Of a stretch of 64,000 nucleotides of DNA, positions 51,346 to 64,000 are shown piece by piece. Under the pieces are notes generated by a model. That model was not told the origin of the DNA and did not search any database. It saw nothing but the letters and a program-made list of their open reading frames with translations. A program made the translations under genes and the position numbers. Positions within the stretch are counted from its first letter, which is position 1; every line of letters starts with the position of its first letter. The DNA is from Nymphaea colorata (taxonomy: Eukaryota). The stretch lies in the NCBI RefSeq assembly GCF_008831285.2, contig NC_045138.2, positions 36,642,001 through 36,706,000 on the forward strand. Direction: 5' to 3'.

Positions 51346-54300
51346 TCAGCTTGGAGTCTCATCAATAGTGTACACAGGAAGCTGCCAGTGTTTCATATTC
51401 TTCTTTGGATCATCAGTTAAGCTGAGGTCAGTGTCGTCTTCTTTAAAAGTCTTAATGAAGGTCCTTGCACCATGCATGACAAGTCTCTCTATCATGAACA
51501 ATTGATAGTTATTCTCTATAACAGGATCCAAGATGTTGCTAAAGTTGGAGGAGTATGCCAGTCTATACCTGTCAACAAGAAAGCGTCAGCAAAATGAACT
51601 AATTTCGATGCTGATGAAATAATACATCCAACGTCTTCAAATCCATGAAGCAAGCTCCTGAATAGTGCTTGGAAATCACGGTTGTTGATCAAACCTTTTA
51701 CTGTTGCTAGACAAGATTGCTTTTGATGGTGGTCCAAGAAACAGTTTTAGAAATGGCAAGGAAGCAAAACAGTCCTCTGGTTAAATTACTCATATACCCA
51801 GAAAAAGTTTCTTAAAGATCGATAAGAGGAGTACCAAATACAGGGATAGCTAGTATGGACTCATCACTATTCTAAAAATGGTTGTGTATTTTGCTTGTCA
51901 GGCTACATTCAAACTTTGACATTGATTTTTGGTACTATCACAAGTATGATGCTTGCGTACATACCCCATGTATATCTGCAACCCGAGTGATTGAGAAGTC
52001 AGAGATGCCCTTGTCGATCGACAAGTACGTGAAGTCTTAAACAAGGGATTATGTGCGCAGTGCCAAATTTCTCCTAAAGCAAACGACCATTTCAAGCAAG
52101 CTTGTTAGCTACCTGATAGACAATGGCGAGAAGAACCCAGGTGTCCTCTCATTTGAGGCAATAAAAATCATCCTGCCAGGAGGAATCCATCTTGCAAGTC
52201 TTATGAGCATGGCTTCAGGTCGGGTATCCCTGTCAAGATGAGGATGAAGAGTCCTAGCCACCCCAAACCTATCTTTCCTGGTCTTGATTTTATCACCTCG
52301 ACGCACATGAATGGCATCATAATCACCAAGTATAGTTTTAATCTGTCAAAAAAAGCTACAGTTTAGCCAAACAGTAAGAAGAAAAACAACTTTCAATGAA
52401 TAAAATTTCCTGAGGTCGATTTTACTGTGCACAAAGATCACACACACATATTCATGGAATAAAAAAGGCAACCTATGTATAGTGATATAGTGAATTGAAT
52501 TCATGAAAGCTATGTCACAGATCAGGATGAGGCAACAAATAAAATTAGAATCTCTTGCTTTTTAAAGACTAAAAGAGCCATCAATAAGTTCAACAATTGC
52601 ACGTTGATGGCAGAACATAGTAATAAGAAAAAACATAGATTTCAGGAACTCAAGGGAAGGGATTTCATTGTGACATGCCTGTTTAGCCGCTTCTCTTAAT
52701 CTCTTTGCCGCCATCATGGGAAGAAAGGAATAGGGCAACATTATTGCACTACGGTTGCTTCTGTCTTTGCATTCAGCAAACCTAGCAATATTGATTGATG
52801 TTATGTTGACAAAAATACTGACCCAAACACCTGGCTAATGAACTTAGTTTCAGTTACTAGCGGGAACTGCAATATTATAAAAAGCTTGTCCAAAAATTTA
52901 TTTGTTTAATTTGCATCAGAAGAGTAGATATTTGAGGTCTATGAAGAAATATATTTACCATGACAGAGGGCTAGCAGTGTGATTGATTAGAAACAGCGTT
53001 GAATATGCTTTGTTGTCTCTCAGCTCTGCTCGGGTAACCCCTTCAACATGGCGAACTCCCCTTTCACCTAACTTCATGCTTCTTGTTAAAACATAATGCC
53101 ATGTTTTAGAATTATCTAGGATGACAGGAACGGTCTTTGAGATGAGGTCCATGTCATACAAAGAGTCCATTGCACAGGAATTCTCTGTCCATCTATATTA
53201 AGATCAGTAATTTGAAGCCACATTCGAACATGAACAAGATAACTATTAAAAGTAGCACCAGTCAGGAAACCACTTGGTGGACAAGAGACAATGTCAAGCC
53301 AAACGCAGAGAAGAAAAAATGTCAATCTTTTCATTTTGTAACTAAGAGGAATTATTGAAAGAAATCTTCAGTATGGTGATATCATGCTGCATCATGCTAG
53401 AGAAGAAACAACAAGAACAAATAAGTCGACCCTTATGGATACTGCTCGTCACAAACCATGAAACGAACCATCATTTTGCTTCTACTAATAAAAATGACCA
53501 CTAGAAACTGCTCCCTTTGCGCGAATAAACCACAAATGGGAGTGAGCGAGAGACGGGGAAAGAAGAATAAAGGAAGACGAAAAGAATAAGAAAACATAGA
53601 TTGAAATGGAAAGTTGGGGCCTTCGTTACCTGTCTTCCAGGCTTGCGTTAGTGGATTGGTGAAGAATTCCTTTCTTATTGTGTATTGCACTAATGCACAT
53701 TCTAGAGGGCATGATGAAGACTCTGAATCACAACAAGCAAAATTTACAAGTCAGAAAGTTGCCATGACATTTTTCAACCATGCATACGCCAAATAGGAAT
53801 GGATAATAATGTATTCAGATAGGTATTTCAGTCTTGTTTATCTACAAAATTAAACAGAAAAAACTCTACTCTAAGAAAAAGGGAAATGAAATAAGTAACC
53901 ATGAACCAAGGACATACGAGTGGCAACTGAGATCTGTAAGTTACTGGAATACAAAATTCGGTCAATAATTACACAAATAGGAGAAACTAGTACGGTACCC
54001 ACAATCGAAATCGAACTCCCCAGAGAAGGAATAAATCCCCACAGAAAAAGAAATCCAGGCAAATCGACAGATATCAGAAAATTAACTCCTAAAACATAAA
54101 AAATATGAACCATCGGTCCATTCACTGATATGCATTAGAGAAGTCAAAGAAAGAAGAGCAAAAGGAAGCAGGGAAACCAACAAAACAACACCTTCGAAGA
54201 ACCATTGCTTCCTCGAGAGCGCATCTAAGACTCGATTCCTGGTGCCCTAATCCCTCACAAGAGTCACAATGCTTCCCGGGACAATCTATCCTATCTCCCC

Positions 54301-54484
54301 AATAGAGATAACCCTTCCATTCCCTTGCATCCTCCGTAGGCCGAATCGTCTTGACATACGATCTAGAAGCCGAATTCGAGCTCGGGAACGAGAAAAGCAC
54401 AATGAGAATGGTGGCAGAGAATAAGACGATAAAAAGAAGGGAGGTGGGTCTCGGTTTGTTCCTCGAGATTCTTTGAATCGCCAT
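51346..54484 (-). CDS. Plant O-fucosyltransferase-like type II membrane protein, 391 aa, 6 exons
   Basis: Exons 54484-54192, 53722-53630, 53192-52959, 52781-52679 (GC donor), 52342-52113, 51568-51346; 1176 nt. N-terminal TM, YLYWGDRIDCPGKHCDSCEGLGHQESSLRCALEEA, DYDAIHVRRGDK, FIASNERTPGFFSPL, NNYQLFMIERL. Confidence 0.92.
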
Positions 54485-56325
54485 TGCAGTGGCAGAGAAG
54501 AAACGCATACACACACACACTGTCGTCCCTCTGTCTTTCTCTCTCGCCCACCCGCTCTCTCTCACACAAGTGCGGAGATCTCACACAAGTGCGGGGAAAT
54601 GATGCATCGAAAACATCATTTTAAAAAAATATATTAGCCGTACATTTTGACGTTGGATGCCAACCATCGTGAAGTTTTTTGTATACATCTAAAAGCTTTC
54701 TTATTTTCTTCAAAGCAATTCAGCAGACTGAGGCCCTAATCTCCAAATAGAAAAAATAGGAAAGATATAGAAAAGTTAGAAAGATTTTTTTTTCTCTCAT
54801 TATCTTCGCTATAAGAATATAACATTTAACGAAATAGGTGATTTTTGAAAATGGGCATTTGTTGATCCTTATATAGCTTTCAAAATAAATAAATAAAAAA
54901 TCTTATGGTGAAATAGTCACATTATAATACGAAGCTTTGAAAGCACGAATCCATAACTTGGGTTCGAGACTGAATTTTTCAGTTGATTATTGAAAAAGAA
55001 AAAAAATGCATTCAAGGCACACGCCGATCAAAAATCTAGTACATCACTCAGATCCACAATAGATTTAAGTCTAAGACTAGAGTTGATAAATGTCGGATTT
55101 GGTATTCAATCCAGAGCTTTCTGGTCCAAATTGATGACTGGCTAGGATGTATTTTATCCAGAAATTGCTCATGAATCCGAATCTGACCTGATTCTAATTT
55201 ATTTTACAGGAAATTTTTTCTTGATAAGATCTGGACCGGGCACTGATAGCATAACCAATCAATTGAATCTCCAACCTGCATAATTCCATTTTACTGATAG
55301 TCCAACCCGTTGATACAATTAGTCTTGACCATATTTCCGGATCTCAAGCTGTTGGGCAGCGAAGATCTCTGCTGCAGATTGAAGACTTGTATTATTTTAT
55401 TTTGTCTATCTTTTTTGGTTTAAGAGCAATATAAGTGGCATCCAGGAAAGAGACAAAATAATAAAGAAGTGGAGTAATAAAGAAATGATTGTTGAAAAAT
55501 AATAAAGAAATGGAGTTCCTTCCGAACTTGTGGAAGTTGCTCCCCCCATTCAAATGCATTATTTATAGATGAAAAGCGCATAGAGATGCTGAATCTTCCC
55601 CCTACTAAAATGTTCGTTCCTTTTCTTGTTTATCTTTCACATATTTCTTACCTTCTGATTTTATGTATGAGGTGGATCATGTATGGATATTGTCGTTCAT
55701 ATTTTTTACAAAATTCAAGTTAAGTCTGTTCATATTTCTACAGTTACGAGGTCTGACCTTTGCCATATTTAAGTTGCAAACTTTATTAAAAGTCAAAGGA
55801 GGAAACCTAGTCTTTGGCCCCAAACTGTGGGTGCTTTTGAACTTGACAGTAAGGATCTCAGATTCATGTGTCACACGGGTTTTATTATTGTTTTTGTATT
55901 TGTTTATGGGACAAGAAATCCCTAGCAAATACTACGAGAACGTTTGTTTCGTGTTCTTTATGTAGTAGAGAATGCTACCAAGGCATTCTTCAATGGTGGA
56001 AGACGTGAACTAGAACACGACGCGGTATTGATTATGTTCCCGCAATCGAATGTCCTCTGAGATTTATTCACTTGATATTCAAAGTCTACTGTTTTATGCT
56101 ACTAAAAGATCTGGTTTAATATCGAGAGAAAATGTGGTCTTGAATCCATGGAATTTAAATTCTGCGGACCTAATCAAATCAGAGGAAAGCAATGTTAGCC
56201 GTCACATGACCCTCACAGTTGAGGAGGAGAACAGGAAAATAAAGAGACAAATACACAAGAACACAGTAATATACATAGTTCAGACTTCGGTGAGACAAAA
56301 TCGCATGAATTAAGCGTAGTATGAC

Positions 56326-56529
56326 CAAGGGCGGAGGGAGGGTGAAAAAAAAAGTGTAAAAATTGACTCTTTTTTTTTTTTTTGCTTTTATGTATTTTTT
56401 TTAGTATTTTTTTTAGTGTGAGTTAAGTTTGACCCTAACTAAATCCAACCTACAAAACCCAGCTCCCATTTAACCCACCCCTGAAGAAAATCCTGACTGC
56501 CCTTAAAGAAAATCCTAACTTCGCCCCTA
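56326..56529. mobile_element. Probable hAT-type MITE
   Basis: Imperfect termini CAAGGGCGGAG ... CTTCGCCCCTA. No exact TSD. Confidence 0.45.
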
Positions 56530-57596
56530 AGTTGTATTACCAAGCTCATGATCTCCAAAGGACTTCTTGGTTTCGAACGCAATGGAGACCCAGAATTTTG
56601 ATCAAGCCACGGTGACAGGGTGACCTATCGTAAGTGCCAAAATGCAGGGCGAACCACGACATCCTCATGATCATCATCTTAGCGGTCCGTCCTTAACCAA
56701 CCAAAAGATCCTTGCTTGTAAGAGACGATAGCGATCTTCTTACTGTCAGCACCACCTCCGTGATATAATGATCTCCCACTCTTGGACTTGAAACTTACCA
56801 CCGTTGGTGAAGAGAGAGCAGATCGTGTTATCTGTAGTGGTCGGTGACCTAGATCAAACCGCAACCCGACCAGTATTCTGAGTCTGCCAAGACGGATGTG
56901 ATCATGTGAGTATTCAGGTGGTGTTTCATGCTCAAATGGTAACCCACCCAGCGATCTGAACCGTCCGCCTAGACTGGCTAGAGTTTTTCATGGATCGAAG
57001 TTTTCTGAAGATCAACAAAAATATTGAAGTACATTTGAAATTTCCAGCATCAAGAATTTGAATAGGTTGTCGCCATGGTTTGTACATTTACTGTCATGAG
57101 CAAGCTCCGGATAGTGCAAACATAAAGGTAGAAATACCTCTGTACATTATGCATCTAAAGCACATAAAAAAAAAAAAAAAGACAGGGTGCAGAAGGCAGG
57201 TTCTGAGCTATTGTACAACGACCCAGTGGAAGGTTTCATCCCATGCTCACCAACTACAGATCACAGAATCCAAGTTACAGATAGAGAAGAATATTAAGGA
57301 TTAACAATATAATTTTGCCAACAACGAGCATAGGGTATAAAGGAAATACCCAAACACTTCTTGTTCACTGCTTTTAGTGATTGTTAGTACATCTGTACAT
57401 CATCATCTCAATCTCCATCACAGGCAGTGTCAAAAAGTGCACACAACAAGTGGAAACAAGTTAAAGCCCTTATTCCTGGCTTGGGAGTGCAGTAACTGAC
57501 TTCTTGTCCACTTGTGTCACGGTAAACAGGCATGTTGGCTCCACTTAGGTCACCAAACGGAGGTTTGAATAGAAAAAATGAGTATCCAAAAATTCT

Positions 57597-60500
57597 TCAA
57601 GCTGTTTGCACCTTTGATACCAAACGCGAAGATACACCATGGAGAAGCCGGACAAATCCCATGAAACTGAGTTTTCCATCGGAGTGCCTGATCCAGTCAT
57701 GAAGAACGGCATGCACTGGAACTGATGGTCCAAGCCCAAGTTCCTGATATCAAAATTTTAAGAAACAGAATGAGCATGAAGTTTCCCAACCTGCTATACA
57801 GTATTCATGATGATGCTATTTGCTACGAGAGAGAAGAATAGGACAATATAATGTTGAGTTCCTAGACAGGTTATAGAATAGGACAATTAATGTTTTCGGT
57901 TGCATATGGCTTCTGAGATGATTATATAAAAACCTGATGCTTTAATCTAGATCTACCTTTGGACAAAACCGGAACCTGCAATAGGCAAATGATCCCCATG
58001 CTTGATCTAGCAGAATAAAATACGTTATGTCATTCAATTTCTAAGATCCTTTCTACTTTAGTTAGTAGAATGAATGCAACCAACTGACCAAGTACTACAT
58101 GCTTACTGTCCTTGATCCCATACAAGTGGGATCTACATGCTGCATAGCTGGTTCACCGCATGCGTGTTTTACAACAGAAAACTAATAACAGGCTCCCATA
58201 GTATATGATTCACCATGAAAATATTATCCACATCTCTATGTTATTACTAAATCCCTTCTTTGTCACAAAAGTTAAAAGAATTAGATTATGTAAGAGAAAC
58301 TTACTGATGCAAGCTCCTCGATAACAATTGCTCTATTTCCATCCTTCTCAAATAATTCATATGCTTGAAACGCATGCTGCTCCCAACTATCCAAAGCTTC
58401 CATCTGATGCACACTAATGGCAGCGGCACAAAATTCCTCAAAATCCATTTTTCTGTATTGTAGAGAACTCACCTACATAAGAATAAATTGGATAATTAAA
58501 TAATGGAAGAAGTTTGAGAAGCAACAATTAGTGAAACCCTAAATTATTGGGTTGACGATTCCCAATGAGCTACTTTACTATGGCTAGAAAACGGATTACA
58601 GAAGCTCAACAAAGGCCCATTCTCTTGGATTGAATCGTATATTAAAACTCCTAATTCACCAGTGAACCAACTTGCCTAAGCCATGACGTCATTAAACCAA
58701 AATCACAATATTCAAACACAGATGTGGTCAATACCATATTGACAAAATCATGAACTCGAGAGTCCTTCATTGCGCTAGTAGAGTACTTCATCAAGGCCTG
58801 GTCAAATGAAATTTTGCTTGAATCAGTAAAAGACCTTTAAAGGAGCCAAACAAGGAAATATGTAAAAGGATAAAAAACTAACCGTCCTGAAGTTCTGCAG
58901 ACAAATGAAATCACTCTTGTTTGGACCTAATAAATTAAATTGTTCCCTTAAATACATAAGCTGATCTTCTGACAACGTCTTTGCAAGGGCCTGTCAGCAA
59001 GTGAACGTAAGCAAGCCATGCAAAACAAAAAAAAATAGATACATGCTAGAATAAGAAAAGCACAACAAGGTTGTCAATCCATGATCTGATGCTCGTGACC
59101 ACAAATAAACAGACATATGGAACGGTTCTAGTTCAGATGGCCACAGTTTCAGGCACTGCCCAAAGCCGTTCATCATTTTCAACAAAATATAGTTCATGGA
59201 ATAATCTGAACAAAAAGAGAAATAGCGACAGAAAATGAAAGCAACAACATAATCCATATGATAGCTACAACAAATATTTGGAGTACCTTTAAAGCAGCCT
59301 TTCTTAGAGATGATGAACACAAATATGATTTCACAAGTCTGATCACTAGGATGTCAAGTGGGATCTTACTGTCCTGGCAGCTCCTTATCCAGGGATGACC
59401 TGAACATGGAAGCCCAAACATGTTATCAGCATTTTTCTCACATACAAACACCAAAGAAGGATTTCAACAATGGCCAGCCCAGATAAAAAGAAATGCACTC
59501 AACAAAGGATCTGAATAGGAAAAATGAGAATTTCAACTATAAACTCGGACAACTCAAGGCAAGATGACATCTTTTTGTTGCCCAAGTTCATCACTTTGAG
59601 CCTTGAAACAGACTATCACATCCCTGAATATTAAGATTAATGTGCTTACATAACGCCTGAGCAGCAGTCATTCTTTTACGTGCATCTTTATTCAGAAGTC
59701 TCTTGACAAAATCCTTTGCCTCAGGAGAAAGAGAAGGCCAAGGTGCTTCATCAAAACTTGGGTCCGCCTTCAGCACGGCTCGAAAGATACCGGATTCAGT
59801 TCGTGCCCAAAAAGGGCGGCTGCCACACAGAAGAATGTAGGCAATAACACCAATACTCCACATATCGGCCTCCGTGCCATAGGATCTATGCAGAACCTCA
59901 GGAGCAACATAATATGCACTTCCCACGATATCATTGAGTCGCTCATCTGTAATTTTTTTTTCACATATTAAAAGTAAATCTCATAACAGTCCTTAGGATA
60001 GAAAAAGGAAATATAGTTAAGTGTGGATAAGGTAAACGATTCAGTTGCAGAGATGAATGTCTAGTGTGTACAGAAAAATAAATACCTGGTTTGACAAAAT
60101 CAGACAAGCCAAAATCTATGGCCTTCAGTTGTGAATTCTCATCCTTCAAAGTGAAGAGGAAATTCTGATGCAGCAATACAACTTGTTTAGGTACTAGATC
60201 AACAAGAAATCCCCAATCCAGTTATGAAGCAACTAAAATACAACGGATCTATATATACACAAACATTCTGTAAGCAAAATTTCCAGGATTTTTTTTTTTC
60301 TTTTTACTTCTTGACTCCATCTAAAACTCATGAGAAATATTTGTAGACAAATACAAGAAACAGTTTTTAATGTAAAGACATCAATATAGTGATACTTCTG
60401 ACAAATATTATTTACTAAATCTTAAACCAGTCTTCCACGGTAATTGATGTGCTTCCATCAATTTTTTTATTAGGCTCACCTCTGGCTTAAGATCCCGATG

Positions 60501-63053
60501 AACTACACCTTGGAGATGACAAAAGGATGCAACGCTCAGAATCTGGACCATCACAGCCTTAGCATCATCTTCAGAGTATTTTCCTCCCCTAGTATCATGA
60601 ACATGAAATCACTTATAGAAAACAGTGAAGAATGGAAGAGAAAAAATAGCAATAAAAAGACCAGCAAGACTGAATATACCTGGACAATATCCTATCTAGA
60701 AGCTCACCTCCTTTGCATAGCCTGCAGAGATAGCAATTACACCATCATTTTCCATATATCTGAGCAAAGACTTTATATGGTAAGTACTTGCTAGTTGCTA
60801 TTCCAGGCTAAACAACAGATATCAGCAGGTATATTTTCATCATAATGTATATGCAATCTGACCCTAGTTGGAATTAGAGTAACATGTGAGACACAAAATA
60901 TTAGAAATTGCACTTGAAAAGAATTTCCAATTTCCAATGAAGACTCACTCCATCACTATGTATACATTTTCCTGGTCTTCAAAGGCCTCATAAAATTGCA
61001 CCAGATTCTTGTGTCCTGTTAAAGCACTAAGAATTTTCACCTCCCTTCGGACATCCTCTATGGCAATCGCTGTGGTCATCTGCAAGGCAAGCACATTGCT
61101 TTAGACAAAACAAAACATGGAAGGCCTCTACTGACAACCACCCACTGCTACATAAATAGCCAACAATTACAAGCCTGGAAATTAGCACTTTGAATATGTG
61201 TTCCTTAACTCCAACAGAACTTTTTTTTTTCATATGTACAATCAACAATGGCTGATGTAACCAGCAGGCTTTCATGAAAATAATAATAATATTCATGGAA
61301 GCACAATATTTTTACTAGACAAGACTGTTTTTCATATGTATAACAGAAGGCTTTCATGAAAATTGCATGGGATTCCACCGGGGCCCAGAACTATGCTGTG
61401 AAAGTCATGCCTGGACATACCATGCACACCTGATTGCTAGGTCCAAGGAGTCTAGGCGTCCAGGTGCTTTACAATGCATAAAATCTCACCCAGGTGCGCC
61501 CAAGCAACCCACAACCTGGGCATTTTTTGCTTTTTGTCTTTTAACTTGTTTTAAGCTTCTTTTTTTATGTGTGTGCGCGTGTTAGAGCCACCCACTTCGT
61601 GCCTAGCGCTTTTAGGCCCAAAATCAGCATCCCCGCTCTCAATTCTCCTTTCTCCTAACAGTAAACTATTTTCTGCAGCCAAACACCATTTACGGTAGGA
61701 AGGCATCAAATCTCGTTCAGAAATGGTAAGATGCTTGGTGCAATAGATGCAAGCCAAGTCTATCCAAGTGAAAGGCAACTCCTGTTCGAGTGACGGGCTT
61801 CCATACCGACCATAAGACCTCCTCAAACTTGACATTTTAGCTTGAATGTGAAGAACCGACCACAAGGTGGGATGCTTCTGCAGAACAGATCCAACCAAAT
61901 TTCCAATTGCCGAGGTCAAATCCCAAATCCATATTTTATTAGTGGAACTGATTAACCAAAACCAAAGGCCCAAAGCTAGGTGTTCCACAAGTCTCAAGAT
62001 ATGCCTCAGTTTGATGTTTCTTGAACTATCGTAGTAAAACAACCAAGAAAACTCAAAAACTCTTGAGGCTTGCATACAGCGGTCAACAAGAAGAGTGCAG
62101 GTAAGTCCTAGCCTTCTCCCGTAAACTCATAAAGTAACTCAACCTAACGAAAACATTTTAGAACCCGGAAGAACAGATCCTCGCTGCCCAAGCGAAGAGA
62201 ATTCCACATTTCACCCATGAAATCTTTGCTTCTCCCATGCAGTCGCCTAGACAACGTGCCATGAAAGAGGGTACTAAAACGAAAATACCTTTCTGCTTGT
62301 ACAATGACGCTGAAAAGTTCACACTTCAAAGAATGAAAATCGCAAAACTAAAGTCTAAACAAATCGACACTAGATAATACTCCAGAACTACAAAATCAAA
62401 TCTGAAACAAACTCAACTACCGACCAGGTAACTGTCTACGCTCGTGTCCTTGGCCGAAAACCTTCCAGAAACAGAACCGGAAAAAGGGAAAAAAGAACGC
62501 TATGAAACTGACAATAAGACAGTTGATTAGAAATCCCAACCTTTGCTTTAGGAATGACTTTAACAGCAACCTCCTGCCCCTTCAACTCACCCTTTTTGAC
62601 CTTAGCAGTGCAAGTGAAGCCAAAATGACCGCGACCCACTTCTTCCCCGAGTTCATACTTCGAATCAAACTGCTTTGAGAACCCAAAACTCTTGTCCAAA
62701 CCCAACTCGCATTCACTTCCCTCCGGGATTGATGGTGCGTTGGGCTTTACAGATCCATGCCTACGAGCGAGCAACGCCTTGATATGCTTCGCCGGAGACG
62801 GTGGCGGGAAAGGCCGCTTGAAGAACCGGCTGGGCGTCGAATTGGCGGTTGAAGTCGGGGTCGAATACGGCGGCGAATTCTTGAAGAAGCTGTACAAAGG
62901 GCTTGGGCTATAGAGTGGGATCTTTGCAGGTTTGCCTGCTTGACTATCCAACTTCGTTCCCACCTCCAATTTGGGCACATTGCTCTCCGAATTCTCAACA
63001 TTTTCAGTGTGATTTGGTGGGTCTGTAATGGGTTTTCCATGACACAGACCCAT
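57597..63053 (-). CDS. CRK: CDPK-related kinase (CRK), 589 aa, 11 exons
   Basis: Exons 63053-62541, 61079-60949, 60721-60680, 60588-60480, 60164-60086, 59946-59650, 59399-59287, 58990-58883, 58797-58735, 58472-58305, 57743-57597; 1770 nt. MGLCHGKP acylation start, [55 protein letters not shown], degenerate EF-hands. Confidence 0.97.
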
Positions 63054-64000
63054 GGCAAGAACTGACCCTCAGAAAATGGAAAACTCAAGAAACTCTTTCA
63101 CAACAAGAACCAACAACGGAAAAAATGCAGCAGAAAGAAGCAAATACAACGATACCAGGAAGAAGGAACCACCAAAAGCATCAAAAACACAGAAGAGTAA
63201 CCCAGGAAAAGACAGCAAAAGGGCCCAGAAAACTGGCAAAAGAGAGAAGAGCCAAACTAAACAACACCCAAAGTAAACCAAATGAGAATTAAGAAGGGAA
63301 AAAGAAGCAAAGACAAAAAGAGATTACAAAAGAGGGGCAACACACAAGCCCAATAAGGCTACGCTACGACGGTAAGCCTTCTTTGCAAAGACAATACAGA
63401 AAAAAAAAAAACTGTCTGAAATCAATAGCTGAAGCAATCAAGGTGGCTAAAGAGCAGAAACCCACAAGCAGACCTACGAGTAACACTCCCAGTGGAAGAG
63501 AAGGTGGGAATGTTGAGAGGTGACGAGAAATGAAAGAAAAGAGAAAAAAAGAAGAAAGGAAAGAAAGATCTCTGCACCAGAGGTGGGTTTTCAAGAAATC
63601 CCCTTTTCACCTTTTGCTTTTCAGTCCTCTTTTTTAGCTAAGTTGGAGAGTGGAATTAAATTATTTGGGGGTGGTGGATCCAAGCACAGAGTAGACATCA
63701 TCACATATAAGAGCGCAAGCAATGCGTTCAAAGGGCATCCAGGCTGTCCACAATTTCATCTAGAAAGTAGAAACTTATTTGTAACATCCGTTGTAACTTT
63801 TCCTTGGTCCCTCACTTTTCTTATAAATTTGTATTATGCCTTGTCACTTTCTTCACTCCCCTCAGTTTGAACAGGAGGGACGGTTTCGAATACTTTTTAA
63901 ACATTGCCAAATCTGACTTTGTTGAGGGCGATATAATTGTTTATTAGTTTATTATGTAAGCTCTCATTGTCGATGGCATCACTCCAGGACTCGATAAAAT

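Noticed and set aside
61551..62075. 174-aa ORF inside CRK intron 1
   Set aside because: No domain, and the CRK model is complete without it.

Overview
Flowering-plant nuclear genomic DNA (spliceosomal introns, a plant tRNA, MITEs); the species cannot be determined from the sequence. The window has two contrasting halves. The right part (~28.4-64 kb) is ordinary gene space: tRNA-Glu(UUC), a rhomboid-like/UBA gene (RBL18/RBL20/UBAC2 type, +), a YVH1/DUSP12-type dual-specificity phosphatase (-), CFAP20/BUG22 (+), an O-fucosyltransferase-family gene (-) and a CDPK-related kinase (-). All five exon chains close in frame, and two need a GC-AG intron. The left part (1-28 kb) has no clearly intact conserved gene. 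It is a patchwork of gene fragments (cytochrome c6A, probable RPA32, subtilase SBT1.5-like), MITEs, a locally repeated non-coding block, and a decaying cluster of an unidentified small membrane-protein family. Its most unusual property is a high density of inverted repeats. There is a ~1.1 kb fold-back of a subtilase fragment with a 22-nt loop, a ~430 bp non-coding fold-back, two wide inverted duplications and an inverted paralog pair. This is a candidate long-hairpin small-RNA source region (inference). All alignments were done by eye, so identities are approximate.
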